From Candidatus Poribacteria bacterium (lineage in GTDB: Bacteria > Poribacteria > WGA-4E > WGA-3G), in assembly GCA_965198235.1 (NCBI GenBank), contig OZ240248.1, positions 3,296,001-3,360,000 of the forward strand: a stretch of 64,000 nt of DNA, read 5' to 3'. The notes below the pieces were generated by a model. The model saw only the letters and a program-made list of their open reading frames with translations, did no database searches and was not told the DNA's origin. How positions within the stretch are numbered: position 1 is the first letter of the stretch; every line of letters begins with the position of its first letter. The position numbers and the translations under genes were made by a program. Below are positions 19,131 to 28,235 of this stretch, piece by piece.

Positions 19131-20210
19131 ATGATTAAAGCACCTGAAGATTTTATTGTTGAAGAATTACCGCTGTATGAGCCTATCCGAACAGGAACAC
19201 ATACCTTTTTCGCTATTCGGAAACGGAATCTCAGCACCTTGGAGGTGATTAACCGAATTGCACGGGATTTACAGATACATACCCGGCGGTTTGGTTACGC
19301 AGGTTTGAAGGATAAGAACGCAGTCACAACACAAGTGCTGTCTGTCGAAGGGGTGCTACCGGAACGGGTTCTGAAAATTGAGCAACCCGATATTGAAGTG
19401 CTATGGGCGGAACAGCATCCACATAAATTACGGATAGGACACCTTCGGGGCAACCGGTTTCAGATTATCCTCCGCGATATCCCTCACGATGCCCAATCGC
19501 TTGTCGAATTGATGATGAAGCGGTTGGTAACTGAAGGGGTACCGAATCGCTTTGGAACGCAGCGGTTTGGGAATAAAAACGATTCACATCTAATTGGCAA
19601 AGCGTTAGTAAAGGGGGATTGGGATACAGTGATGCGTTATATGCTCACAGATGACGCATTACAGGTCGATGATGTCGCACGACGTATACAACGGGAATTA
19701 GCAAGAAAACCCATCGAAAAGGTCGTAATGAGTATTCCGCATCGACTGCGTAAGTTGTATTTGTCGGCTTACCAAGCGTATCTCTTCAACTGCATCTTGG
19801 AAAAGCGTGTCCCTTGTTTGGGCAAACTCCTTGAAGGCGACGTCGCTGTGAAACACGATAACGGGGCACCTTTTCTCGTTGCGGATGCTACCGTTGAGCA
19901 ATCGCGAGCAGATGCATTTGAAATTAGTCCTTCAGGTCCGATTTTCGGATATAAGATGCGTCTGCCAACTGGCGACGTGCTTGCGTTGGAGACATCGCTC
20001 CTTGCAGATGAAGGGGTTCGGTTTGAAGCCTTTCGTAAGGTTGTCGGTATCCGTTTACCGGGGACGCGTAGACCTTTACGGATGCCGATGCAATTGCATG
20101 AGGTGTCGGCTGTCAATGATGAGGGAGTCCGTCTCAATTTTACGCTACCTGCGGGTGGGTATGCGACTGTCGTATTAGAGGAGCTTATACCTAATATACA
20201 GGTTCCGTAG
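19131..20210 (+). CDS. truD: tRNA pseudouridine(13) synthase
   Basis: PEDFIVEE, YAGLKDKNAVTTQ, GHLRGNRF, PNRFGTQRFG, FTLPAGGYAT. Start moved to ATG 19131, downstream of the promoter. Confidence 0.93.
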   Translation: MIKAPEDFIVEELPLYEPIRTGTHTFFAIRKRNLSTLEVINRIARDLQIHTRRFGYAGLKDKNAVTTQVLSVEGVLPERVLKIEQPDIEVLWAEQHPHKLRIGHLRGNRFQIILRDIPHDAQSLVELMMKRLVTEGVPNRFGTQRFGNKNDSHLIGKALVKGDWDTVMRYMLTDDALQVDDVARRIQRELARKPIEKVVMSIPHRLRKLYLSAYQAYLFNCILEKRVPCLGKLLEGDVAVKHDNGAPFLVADATVEQSRADAFEISPSGPIFGYKMRLPTGDVLALETSLLADEGVRFEAFRKVVGIRLPGTRRPLRMPMQLHEVSAVNDEGVRLNFTLPAGGYATVVLEELIPNIQVP

Positions 20211-20260
20211 ATTACGTTGAAACGAAGGTGAAACCCAACACATCACCAAGGCAAATGGTT

Positions 20261-21892
20261 TCAATCTGCTGGCACGGTTCGCTTAGATTTTCGGTATCTA
20301 AAATACGTCCACGCCCCGGATGCCAATAGGACTACCAACAACACAATCAAGCCGATATTCAAAAGATAGCGTCCACGGTTCAGTTGCCACAGCCGCTGGC
20401 TTGCGAGTTTAGCGGCGGAACTCCCCTTTTCTGCTTTTGTTTTCACCTCTTCCCAATACTTTTTGGCAAGCGCGGGCTGACCGTGCTGCTCCGCAAGTTT
20501 CGCTGTAACGACGAGGTAGGTAACATCCTGAACGTCCTGTTTCTCTAAGGCATTAGCGAAGGAACTGAGGAGTAAGACTGTTAAATCAGGGGACATTTGC
20601 GGAAAATCGCTCGTGAGCTCAATCCCGTTCTGAAAAGCAGTGACAGCCCCTTGATGGTTATGCCGGTCAAATTCGAGTTGTGCCACTTCAAACCAAGTTT
20701 GCTTAGCAAGTTGCAGGGGTTGTGCTATGTCGGTATAGCCGTCAAATGTGAAAGTTGCCGAACCGTAATTCAGGTCCCCCTGTTTCACGTAGAGCGTATA
20801 AGTTTCACCGAGAGTCAGTAAATCTGAATCCTTCCACTCATCGAAACGATAGATTCCATCCGCTTCCACAAGCTGTTGGTAGACCGTTCCGTCAATCCAG
20901 ACAACAGCTCCAGCAGGTGACGCATCGGACACGCCTATAACGGTGCCGTGAATAGCAATAGGCTCAAGTGCCCAGCCAATATGGACGGATTCTCCGGGTT
21001 CTAACTGCAGTTCAGCGGTTTTGGGCGGTGGGAGGATGTGCCCCGCTTTCTTTACAGTTACAATGAAGGTGCCTTGTTGCAGATTTTCTGTGATGAGTTT
21101 CGGTGTGCTTCCGACCTCTACGTCATTAATAGAAATTTCTGCGCCTTCGGGGAATGTTGTGATTTTAAGCGCAGGGCTAAGTTTAAGCAGTGCCGCTTCG
21201 ACATCACCTGTTGGTGCAAGAATTCCGTCCATAAAATCGGAATGGGTTCGCAACAATTCGTAACTTTCTATAATGCTGAGCTGCCGATTATCGTTTGTAT
21301 CGGTTGTATCTACGGTAAGCGTATCGTGAAGTCGCTGAAGGAAGACTGTTGTGTTTGCCTTCTCTGCCGATTGGATCGCGTTGAGGGCAGCAGTGCCGAG
21401 CGTCTCACGGTTCGCGTAGTAGGCGTTTAGGTTTGTATCTTCGGTGTAACCATCGACAATAACGGTCGTGCGCTTCCTTTCTGCCTCTCTGAACCAGTCA
21501 TTGAGGGTGGCATCTTGGATCCCTTGTTCGTCTCCTGGTGTTAGCAGGTGCATGGCGTTCATGCCTCTCGGTTTGGTAACCATCCCGTGATATAGAAAAA
21601 TCAGAGTATCCTGAACCGCGGTTTGCCTCCCAACTTCTTGAATCATGGCGTGGATCTCTTCAGACGTGGCACTGTCACCTTCAACATGATGGATCTGCTC
21701 ACTCGGTACTTTTCCGCGTGTCGTTAGGAATTCAATCAGTGAGTTCACCAATTCATGGGCACGGGCTTCCGGTGTTGTGTCCACAATTAGCCAGTGTGTA
21801 CCAGAATCAGCCGAGAGTGCTGGTGTTGGTACGAAGATGGCTAATGCGACACAAATAAAGATGAGGATAAAAATAATGTTCTGCTTTAACAT
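20261..21892 (-). CDS. Exported, C-terminally anchored protein: caspase-like N-domain, PEGA, beta-sandwich, TPR-like helices
   Basis: Signal peptide; DTLIFLYHG...VIVDGY caspase-like fold; ITTFPEGAEISIND..VGSTP PEGA motif; C-terminal TM plus basic tail. Confidence 0.6.
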   Translation of the reverse strand: MLKQNIIFILIFICVALAIFVPTPALSADSGTHWLIVDTTPEARAHELVNSLIEFLTTRGKVPSEQIHHVEGDSATSEEIHAMIQEVGRQTAVQDTLIFLYHGMVTKPRGMNAMHLLTPGDEQGIQDATLNDWFREAERKRTTVIVDGYTEDTNLNAYYANRETLGTAALNAIQSAEKANTTVFLQRLHDTLTVDTTDTNDNRQLSIIESYELLRTHSDFMDGILAPTGDVEAALLKLSPALKITTFPEGAEISINDVEVGSTPKLITENLQQGTFIVTVKKAGHILPPPKTAELQLEPGESVHIGWALEPIAIHGTVIGVSDASPAGAVVWIDGTVYQQLVEADGIYRFDEWKDSDLLTLGETYTLYVKQGDLNYGSATFTFDGYTDIAQPLQLAKQTWFEVAQLEFDRHNHQGAVTAFQNGIELTSDFPQMSPDLTVLLLSSFANALEKQDVQDVTYLVVTAKLAEQHGQPALAKKYWEEVKTKAEKGSSAAKLASQRLWQLNRGRYLLNIGLIVLLVVLLASGAWTYFRYRKSKRTVPAD

Positions 21893-22320
21893 GTCTTTCG
21901 TCCGAAGTAGGTGTTTCGGAGTCTCTAATTTAGTAATAGTTTAACAGAAATTCTGGGCGATTGCAAGAAAAAAGAACATCTTTGGATGTTAATATGTCTA
22001 AACTTTTATCAAGAAACTGCGTCAAAATATTATAAATAAGATAAGATTTTTTTGGCGCGTCTTGAAAGTTAAAACTTAACTGTTAGAATATCGGAGTCTG
22101 TCTTGTATTAAGGTCCGCTGTTAGGAATCCCGCTCACAGGTTAGTAGCAGGAGTACTGGGCGAAATTGGAGAGGCTCGCATTGATGCCACAATTTATAAT
22201 AATAAGGTTTTGGCGAAACTCATGGGTTCCCAAAACTACCTGTTGGAAAATGTTGAACCTACACGAGGTGTCCGCTTGGAGGACACGCCTATAAATGTTG
22301 GAACGGATAAGGAGATGTTA

Positions 22321-23712
22321 ATGATTCACAGGAAAAATAAATTCATTGTTTTCTCAAAGATCAAAGGAGCGCGCCGTTTAGGTTTCCGAAGTTTGCTCTT
22401 AAAATTCATCCTCACTGTTCAATTTGCGGTCGTTTTTTGTGTGAGTGCACAGGAACCTGTCACCGAAGTTGATTTAACCCAATCTTTGACACTTGAACAA
22501 TGTATCCAAGTAGGTTTGGAAAGATCGACGAGTATGCGAAATGCGCGTTTAAATCTTGCTATACAGGAACTTCGGATAAAAACTGCGCGTGCTGACTATT
22601 TTCCACGTATTTTTTCAACCGGTGTTTACGATTTTTCTGACCGAATCGACTTCGGCTTTGAACCCGAAAACTACGATTTAGGGCTGAGCGGACAATACAC
22701 AATTTGGGACAATGGTCAACGCGAAGGGGGTTTCGCACAGGCGAAAGAATCACTGAACGCCACTGTGAGCCGCAATGAGAGAATTAAACAGAGCCTAATT
22801 TTGCAAATCACTGAAGCCTATTATGATGTCCTCCAATATCAGGCGTTAGTCATAGTGAGTGAACAGAATTTGGCGCGAGCGCAGGAGAACACACAACGAA
22901 CTAAGGATTTCGTAGAGGCAGGTTCGCTCATTCCAGCGGATGTAGCGACTGCAGAAGTGCGAGAGGGAAATAACAGATTCGCTTTGCTAAATAACCAAAA
23001 TTCACTTCAAATTGCAAAAGCCACATTACCACGGCTTGTTGGCTTAGATCCAGGTGTGCTAATTACTGTTGCGCAGGATGAGTTATATCAGTTATATCAG
23101 CAACGTGGCACAATTGAGAGAGTGGCAATGACGGTTGAAGAAGCTATCCAGATCGCGCTTGACAATCGTCCGGAATTTAAAGAAACGCAAGCGCAATTGA
23201 AGTCACAGGAATGGTCATTGACACTTGCGAAATTACAGCGCTGGCCCCGTCTAAACGCGGATGTGGACTACAACGTTAACCTCGACGATTACCTCCGTGA
23301 GCGTGAGAATTTCTCTGATTTCCGCAGTTGGAGTGCGGGGGTCTCACTAAATTTCACGTTTTTTGATGGTGGTATTTTGGGAAATCGGGTCAAAGAGTTA
23401 GCTATGCAATTAGAACAGGCTCGTGAAAATGCAAGTGACTTGGAGCGCGCTGTCGCCTTAGATGTCCGACAAGCGTATCTAAATCTCAAGCGCGGTGAAA
23501 CCGCTGTCGATATCGCCAGAACACTGGTCACCAACGCTCGACTCAGTTTAGAGGTCATTCAAGGGCGTTTTGATGTTGACAAAGCAATCCTGCTTGAACT
23601 CCTTGATGCCCAAACCAGTTACGCACAAGCGTTAACAGATGAGGTGAATACGTTCTACGATTACAAAATTGCACAAACCCGTTTACAGAACGCAATGGGA
23701 GTGTTACAGTAG
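22321..23712 (+). CDS. TolC-family outer-membrane efflux protein
   Basis: LTLEQCIQ, two OEP repeats (ITEAYYDVL; VRQAYLNL; LELLDAQ). Start set from the AAGGAG RBS at 22309. Confidence 0.9.
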   Translation: MIHRKNKFIVFSKIKGARRLGFRSLLLKFILTVQFAVVFCVSAQEPVTEVDLTQSLTLEQCIQVGLERSTSMRNARLNLAIQELRIKTARADYFPRIFSTGVYDFSDRIDFGFEPENYDLGLSGQYTIWDNGQREGGFAQAKESLNATVSRNERIKQSLILQITEAYYDVLQYQALVIVSEQNLARAQENTQRTKDFVEAGSLIPADVATAEVREGNNRFALLNNQNSLQIAKATLPRLVGLDPGVLITVAQDELYQLYQQRGTIERVAMTVEEAIQIALDNRPEFKETQAQLKSQEWSLTLAKLQRWPRLNADVDYNVNLDDYLRERENFSDFRSWSAGVSLNFTFFDGGILGNRVKELAMQLEQARENASDLERAVALDVRQAYLNLKRGETAVDIARTLVTNARLSLEVIQGRFDVDKAILLELLDAQTSYAQALTDEVNTFYDYKIAQTRLQNAMGVLQ

Positions 23713-23714
23713 CC

Positions 23715-25685
23715 ATGAAGATTCAAAAAAAATGGATTATCATCGGAGCGGTTGCTTTAGTTGTTATCGCTGTTGGGGCAATTGGTGCGACTCGGATGAA
23801 CTTCGGTTTCGGTCAAAACAAGAAGGAAACTGAGGAAAAACAGGAAATTGTTCGTCGCGGCGAATTCCTCGTTCGGGTGCGTGAGTCCGGCAATCTGCGT
23901 TCCTTCCTTGAGGTGGATGTCCGCTCGAACGTGGAGGGCGAGATCGTTGAGATTTTCGTTGATGAAGCAGACGAGGTTAAATTGGGAGATCCTTTGCTTC
24001 GAATTGATGATGAGCAAATTCTGGAACAAAGGAAACAAGCAGCGGCGAATCGCGATGCCCGAAAAGCCCAGCTCCAACAGGCAGAACTCCAAATTCGGAT
24101 TACTGAAAAACAGCAAGAGAGTGGGCTTGTGCAAGCACGCAACTCTGTTGCGATGGCACAGGCGACTTTAGATTCATTTGCCGCAACGACACAGCAACGG
24201 ATTACCGAAGCGGAAACGCAGGTAGCGACCACACAAATTGACCTCAACCGCGACCAGATTGGCTTAAAGCAGGCTGAGATCGCTTTAGCACAAGCAAACC
24301 TAATGTTTGATCGGGCAGAAACGAGTGTTGAATCCGCGAGGGTGGCACGTGAAACAGCTGAGTCCGAGTACAATCGGAACAAAGAACTGTTTGATAAGAA
24401 GTTAGTTTCAAAACGGACGTTAGAGGAATCACAAAACCAACTCGCTGGGGCGAAGTCGCAGTATGAAAACGCGCAGAAAGAGGTTGAATCGCAGCGGGGA
24501 ACCATTAGGTCCCAGGAAGAAAATATCAATGTCCGGCAAGAAGCAATTCAGAGTCGTGAATCTACCCTGGAACTCAATAAAAAGAATGTTCTGACGCTTA
24601 AAGAATCCGAAGAGGCACGGAAAAAGCAATTGGAAGCCGAATTGGAGAACGCTCGCACACGGCTCCGTCAATTGGAAGAAACGACTGAAGAAGAGAAGGA
24701 ACTCACCCGTCATGCAAGAGTCGGCGCAGAGGCGGGTTTGCTCCAAGCACAAAGCCAACTTGAGTCTCAACAAGAGCGCTACGAATGGACGACAGTCATA
24801 GCGCCTATAGCTGGTACGGTTACGCGCCTCACTGTTGAGAAGGGGGAAATTATCACCTCGGGGCGTTCTGCTTTTTCACGTGGCGATGCCATCATGCGTA
24901 TTGCTGACCTTAATCAGATGATTGTGAGGACACAGATAAATCAGGTGGAAATCGGAAAAATAAACGAGGAACAACGCGCCGAAATCAGCGTTGATAGTTA
25001 TCCCGATCAAATCTTTCCGGGGAGGGTCAGCGAGATTTCACCGAGTGCGACTCCTCGTACTCCTCAGAGTCAGAGCTCTGTCATCACCTTTGAGGTAGAT
25101 GTAGAGGTCATCGGTTCGCCGCCAGAACTACTACCCGGTATGTCTGCGGATGTTGACATCATTGTGTTTGAAGAATCCGATATCCTTCAACTTCCAATAC
25201 CGGCTGTGCTGAGTCCAAAGGTTTTTACTGTTAAGGCGAAGGTAAATTCAGCGGATCTTGGACAATTTCAGGAGGGGCAGGAACTCAAAATCCGAAGTTT
25301 GATCGGGAAGGAGTTCGATGGACGGGTCGGCAAGATTGCCCCAGAGGAAACCCGTGGTAATCTTGAAATATTACTCGAAGGTGCGCAGAAGGGCTTGAAG
25401 AACGGTCCGACGGAGATCTCCATTGTTATCTCCGAACAAAATGTACTCTCCAATGTAGAAGTCGAAGTTAGTAGCGAGCGACAGTATTTTGTTATGTTAG
25501 ATACAGGTGAATCCAGTAAAGATAACAAAGAGCAAAAAGGGGTTAAAACCCACATTACAATTGGACAACGTAATAACACTCACTTTCAAATCACCGGTGG
25601 TTTGAAGGAAGGGGATCGCGTTTTTGTGCCTTCTATGCAAGAATTAACAAAGGAACAAGGAGATCCAGAGAAAGAGAAAGAATAA
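23715..25685 (+). CDS. MacA/HlyD-family periplasmic adaptor with very long coiled coil
   Basis: N-terminal TM, lipoyl halves (VRSNVEGEIVEIFV; IAPIAGTV), about 280-aa coiled coil, LLPGMSADV. Confidence 0.88.
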   Translation: MKIQKKWIIIGAVALVVIAVGAIGATRMNFGFGQNKKETEEKQEIVRRGEFLVRVRESGNLRSFLEVDVRSNVEGEIVEIFVDEADEVKLGDPLLRIDDEQILEQRKQAAANRDARKAQLQQAELQIRITEKQQESGLVQARNSVAMAQATLDSFAATTQQRITEAETQVATTQIDLNRDQIGLKQAEIALAQANLMFDRAETSVESARVARETAESEYNRNKELFDKKLVSKRTLEESQNQLAGAKSQYENAQKEVESQRGTIRSQEENINVRQEAIQSRESTLELNKKNVLTLKESEEARKKQLEAELENARTRLRQLEETTEEEKELTRHARVGAEAGLLQAQSQLESQQERYEWTTVIAPIAGTVTRLTVEKGEIITSGRSAFSRGDAIMRIADLNQMIVRTQINQVEIGKINEEQRAEISVDSYPDQIFPGRVSEISPSATPRTPQSQSSVITFEVDVEVIGSPPELLPGMSADVDIIVFEESDILQLPIPAVLSPKVFTVKAKVNSADLGQFQEGQELKIRSLIGKEFDGRVGKIAPEETRGNLEILLEGAQKGLKNGPTEISIVISEQNVLSNVEVEVSSERQYFVMLDTGESSKDNKEQKGVKTHITIGQRNNTHFQITGGLKEGDRVFVPSMQELTKEQGDPEKEKE

Positions 25686-25763
25686 GTCAACATAAACATG
25701 CTAAATTATATTTCTTGTCTATTTTTTTACCTTCATAAGATCTAAGGTTAAGGAGGAAACATT

Positions 25764-26468
25764 GTGTTAATAGATGTAAGAGATTTGACAAAAGTCTATC
25801 AAATGGGTGATGTGCAGGTGCATGCCTTACGAGGTGTGTCCTTCAATATAACACAAGGCGAATTCATCGCGATTATGGGACCATCCGGTTCTGGAAAATC
25901 GACGATGATGGATATTCTGGGGTGTCTCGCAACGCCGACATCCGGAGAGTATTTCCTTGAAGGTGAAGAGGTCGGGAAACTGTCCGATAATCGTTTGGCT
26001 GACATTCGGAATAAAAAGATCGGTTTTGTGTTTCAGTCGTTTAACCTGCTGCCGCGAACGAGTGCACTCAATAATGTTGAATTACCGCTTATTTACTCGG
26101 GTTTGGGCAGAAAAGAACGCAAACGGCGAGCCTTTGAATCCTTGGAAGCAGTAGGTTTAGCAGACCGAGTCGATCACAAGTCGACCGAGTTGTCTGGTGG
26201 ACAAATTCAGCGTGTGGCGATTGCCCGGGCTTTAGTCAATAAGCCCTCAATGATCTTCGCTGATGAACCGACAGGTAACTTGGATACCCGTTCTGGCACC
26301 GAAATTATGGCGATTTTCAACCGTTTGAACGACGAAGGAAATACCATCATCATGGTGACACACGAAGCTGAAGTTGCTGAACATGCCAAACGAGTCCTTC
26401 ACATTCGTGACGGTTTAATCGAGCGAGATGTCAGACAGAATGGGCATAATGGCGGGGATACTGGCTAA
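25764..26468 (+). CDS. ABC transporter ATP-binding protein (MacB/LolD family)
   Basis: [37 protein letters not shown]. Confidence 0.95.
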   Translation: MLIDVRDLTKVYQMGDVQVHALRGVSFNITQGEFIAIMGPSGSGKSTMMDILGCLATPTSGEYFLEGEEVGKLSDNRLADIRNKKIGFVFQSFNLLPRTSALNNVELPLIYSGLGRKERKRRAFESLEAVGLADRVDHKSTELSGGQIQRVAIARALVNKPSMIFADEPTGNLDTRSGTEIMAIFNRLNDEGNTIIMVTHEAEVAEHAKRVLHIRDGLIERDVRQNGHNGGDTG

Positions 26469-26484
26469 TCTACGGAAAGTCCGC

Positions 26485-26588
26485 ATGAAAAAGGCTTGCC
26501 TTTTTACCCTTGTTGTATTCTGTTTTACTGCTTCTCAGGTGCAGGCGCAGATTAAGTGGGATGCTGCAAAGTTCATGCCGATACAATT
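26485..26588 (+). pseudogene. 5' remnant of a second SpoIVB-like gene
   Basis: MKKACLFTLVVFCFTASQVQAQIKWDAAKFMP parallels MKKTLLCALVIFCLAAYHSYAQIEWDAEKFMP at 11998; similarity stops abruptly at the next gene. Confidence 0.75.
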
Positions 26589-27557
26589 ATGCACCACGTC
26601 AAAATTACCACTCCGTCCCGTTTACACTTTTCTCTACTTGATTTGAACGGTGCATTGGGACGGATTGATGGAGGGTTCGGTCTCGCAATTGCTGAGCCCA
26701 ATTTTCAAATTGTTGCTGAGCGGGCAACCGGAATTCATCTACCATCTTCTGTATACCGTAATCGGGCTGCTGCAGTACTTGAGCGACTTCAAGAAACCTA
26801 TCCCTTCCCCGGCATTAAATTAACATTTCAATCTGAAATCCCGATGCATTGCGGATTCGGATCTGGAACGCAACTCTCTCTTGGTGTTGCCCAGGCAGTC
26901 AATGTGCTATACGAACTTGGGTTAGATGTGCAAGAATTGGCAAAAGTTGCCGGACGTGGCGGCACTTCAGGTATTGGTGTTGCAGCATTCAGGACAGGTG
27001 GATTCATCGTCGATGGCGGACATCGTTTTCCAGAACAGAAGTCATCATTCCTCCCTTCTTCTGCCCTTGGGGATATTTCGCCACCTCCGGTTTTACTCCG
27101 TTACTCGTTTCCAGAAGTGCCGTTGCTAATTGTCATGCCGAATTGTTCACGAATTTATGGTAATAAAGAGATCGAGTTGTTTCAGACCCTCTGTCCACAA
27201 CCGGAATGGGTTGCACAGAAACTTTCACACATCCTATTGATGCAGGTACTTCCTGCGTTGGTTGAAGGAGATATGCACACCTTTGGCAAAGCCTTAAATC
27301 AAATTCAAACATTTGGATGGAAAAAAGTGGAAATTGACGCACAAGGTGCTGAGCTCCGATTGACGCTTGACTTCTTACGCGACAGTGGAGTTTTCGGTGC
27401 AGGCGTTAGCAGTTGGGGGTCGGCAATTTGCGTGATGGGTGAGGATATTGATAGGTTAAAGCGGGGCACCGAAGCATTCCTAAAAACGCTTCCGGATGGT
27501 GGTTCCTGTTTTGTTACGCAGGCGAACAACCTGGGTGCGCACGTTGTGTCAGGTTAA
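26589..27557 (+). CDS. Beta-ribofuranosylaminobenzene 5'-phosphate (RFAP) synthase family, GHMP superfamily
   Basis: TPSRLHFSLLDLNG..GRIDGGFG, HCGFGSGTQ, GRGGTSGIG, GGFIVDGGH, GVSSWG. Confidence 0.88.
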   Translation: MHHVKITTPSRLHFSLLDLNGALGRIDGGFGLAIAEPNFQIVAERATGIHLPSSVYRNRAAAVLERLQETYPFPGIKLTFQSEIPMHCGFGSGTQLSLGVAQAVNVLYELGLDVQELAKVAGRGGTSGIGVAAFRTGGFIVDGGHRFPEQKSSFLPSSALGDISPPPVLLRYSFPEVPLLIVMPNCSRIYGNKEIELFQTLCPQPEWVAQKLSHILLMQVLPALVEGDMHTFGKALNQIQTFGWKKVEIDAQGAELRLTLDFLRDSGVFGAGVSSWGSAICVMGEDIDRLKRGTEAFLKTLPDGGSCFVTQANNLGAHVVSG

Positions 27558-27565
27558 AAATAAAA

Positions 27566-27591
27566 ACGGGCGGATGGTGACATCCGCCCGT
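27566..27591. terminator. Probably bidirectional intrinsic terminator between convergent genes
   Basis: ACGGGCGGATG-GTGA-CATCCGCCCGT perfect 11-bp stem preceded by an A-tract (U-tract for the minus strand). Confidence 0.8.
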
Positions 27592-27599
27592 CATTTGTG

Positions 27600-28214
27600 T
27601 TATCCCTTGCTTGGGGAATAGTACGGGTCATCTCCAGCAGCGTGATCGGTGGTGTCAATCACGTGCTTGATTTCAGGGAAGACCTCTTGAATCATCGCCT
27701 CGATGCCGTGTTTGAGTGTGACATTTGCCATGCCGCAGCCTTGGCAGCCGCCGCCCATATGAATGTATATAGCATCGTCCTCGACATTCAGGAGTTCTAT
27801 CTCTCCACCGTGTGCCGCAACAGCCGGATTGATCCGTTCGTCAATAAGCTTCTGAACCTCTTGTGCTTTTGGATTGTCCCATGTTGGTGTGTTTGGGTTC
27901 TCAATGTTGAACCCACTCGAATTCAGGTCATCGACATAGTCAATCACAGTACCTTTAAGGTCAGGTGCGCTTTCCGCGTCGACGAGTACATTAAAATTCT
28001 CACATTCAACAACAATGTCATCCGCTTGTGCTTCAGTAGCTAAACCAAGGCTGTATTGAAAAGCGGTGGCAGTTCTACCTTGGATACTAATGCGTAGCCC
28101 TTCAACTTCAACCTCTTCGGTTTCTATCACTGCCTGAATTTTCTCTTGTGCGGCTTCTGTGACTGTAAGCAAAGCGGTTTCAGTTCCCTTGAGCTTTTTC
28201 AAGAAATTCTTCAT
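27600..28214 (-). CDS. nfuA: Fe-S cluster biogenesis protein NfuA
   Basis: Degenerate A-type domain (VTEAAQEKI...GFNIENPN) plus NifU domain (INPAVAAHGG...GGGCQGC...DTTDH). Confidence 0.9.
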   Translation of the reverse strand: MKNFLKKLKGTETALLTVTEAAQEKIQAVIETEEVEVEGLRISIQGRTATAFQYSLGLATEAQADDIVVECENFNVLVDAESAPDLKGTVIDYVDDLNSSGFNIENPNTPTWDNPKAQEVQKLIDERINPAVAAHGGEIELLNVEDDAIYIHMGGGCQGCGMANVTLKHGIEAMIQEVFPEIKHVIDTTDHAAGDDPYYSPSKG

Positions 28215-28235
28215 AATTGCCTTCCATGAGCGGTG

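Noticed and set aside
22080-22320. Riboswitch in the tolC leader / 37-aa N-terminal extension from TTG 22210
   Set aside because: Only short hairpins and no recognisable aptamer; the RBS favours ATG 22321.
23757-24773. Long antisense ORFs opposite the adaptor gene (e.g. 238 aa), and similar shadow ORFs elsewhere
   Set aside because: Explained by codon bias of the sense-strand genes; no motifs or RBS.
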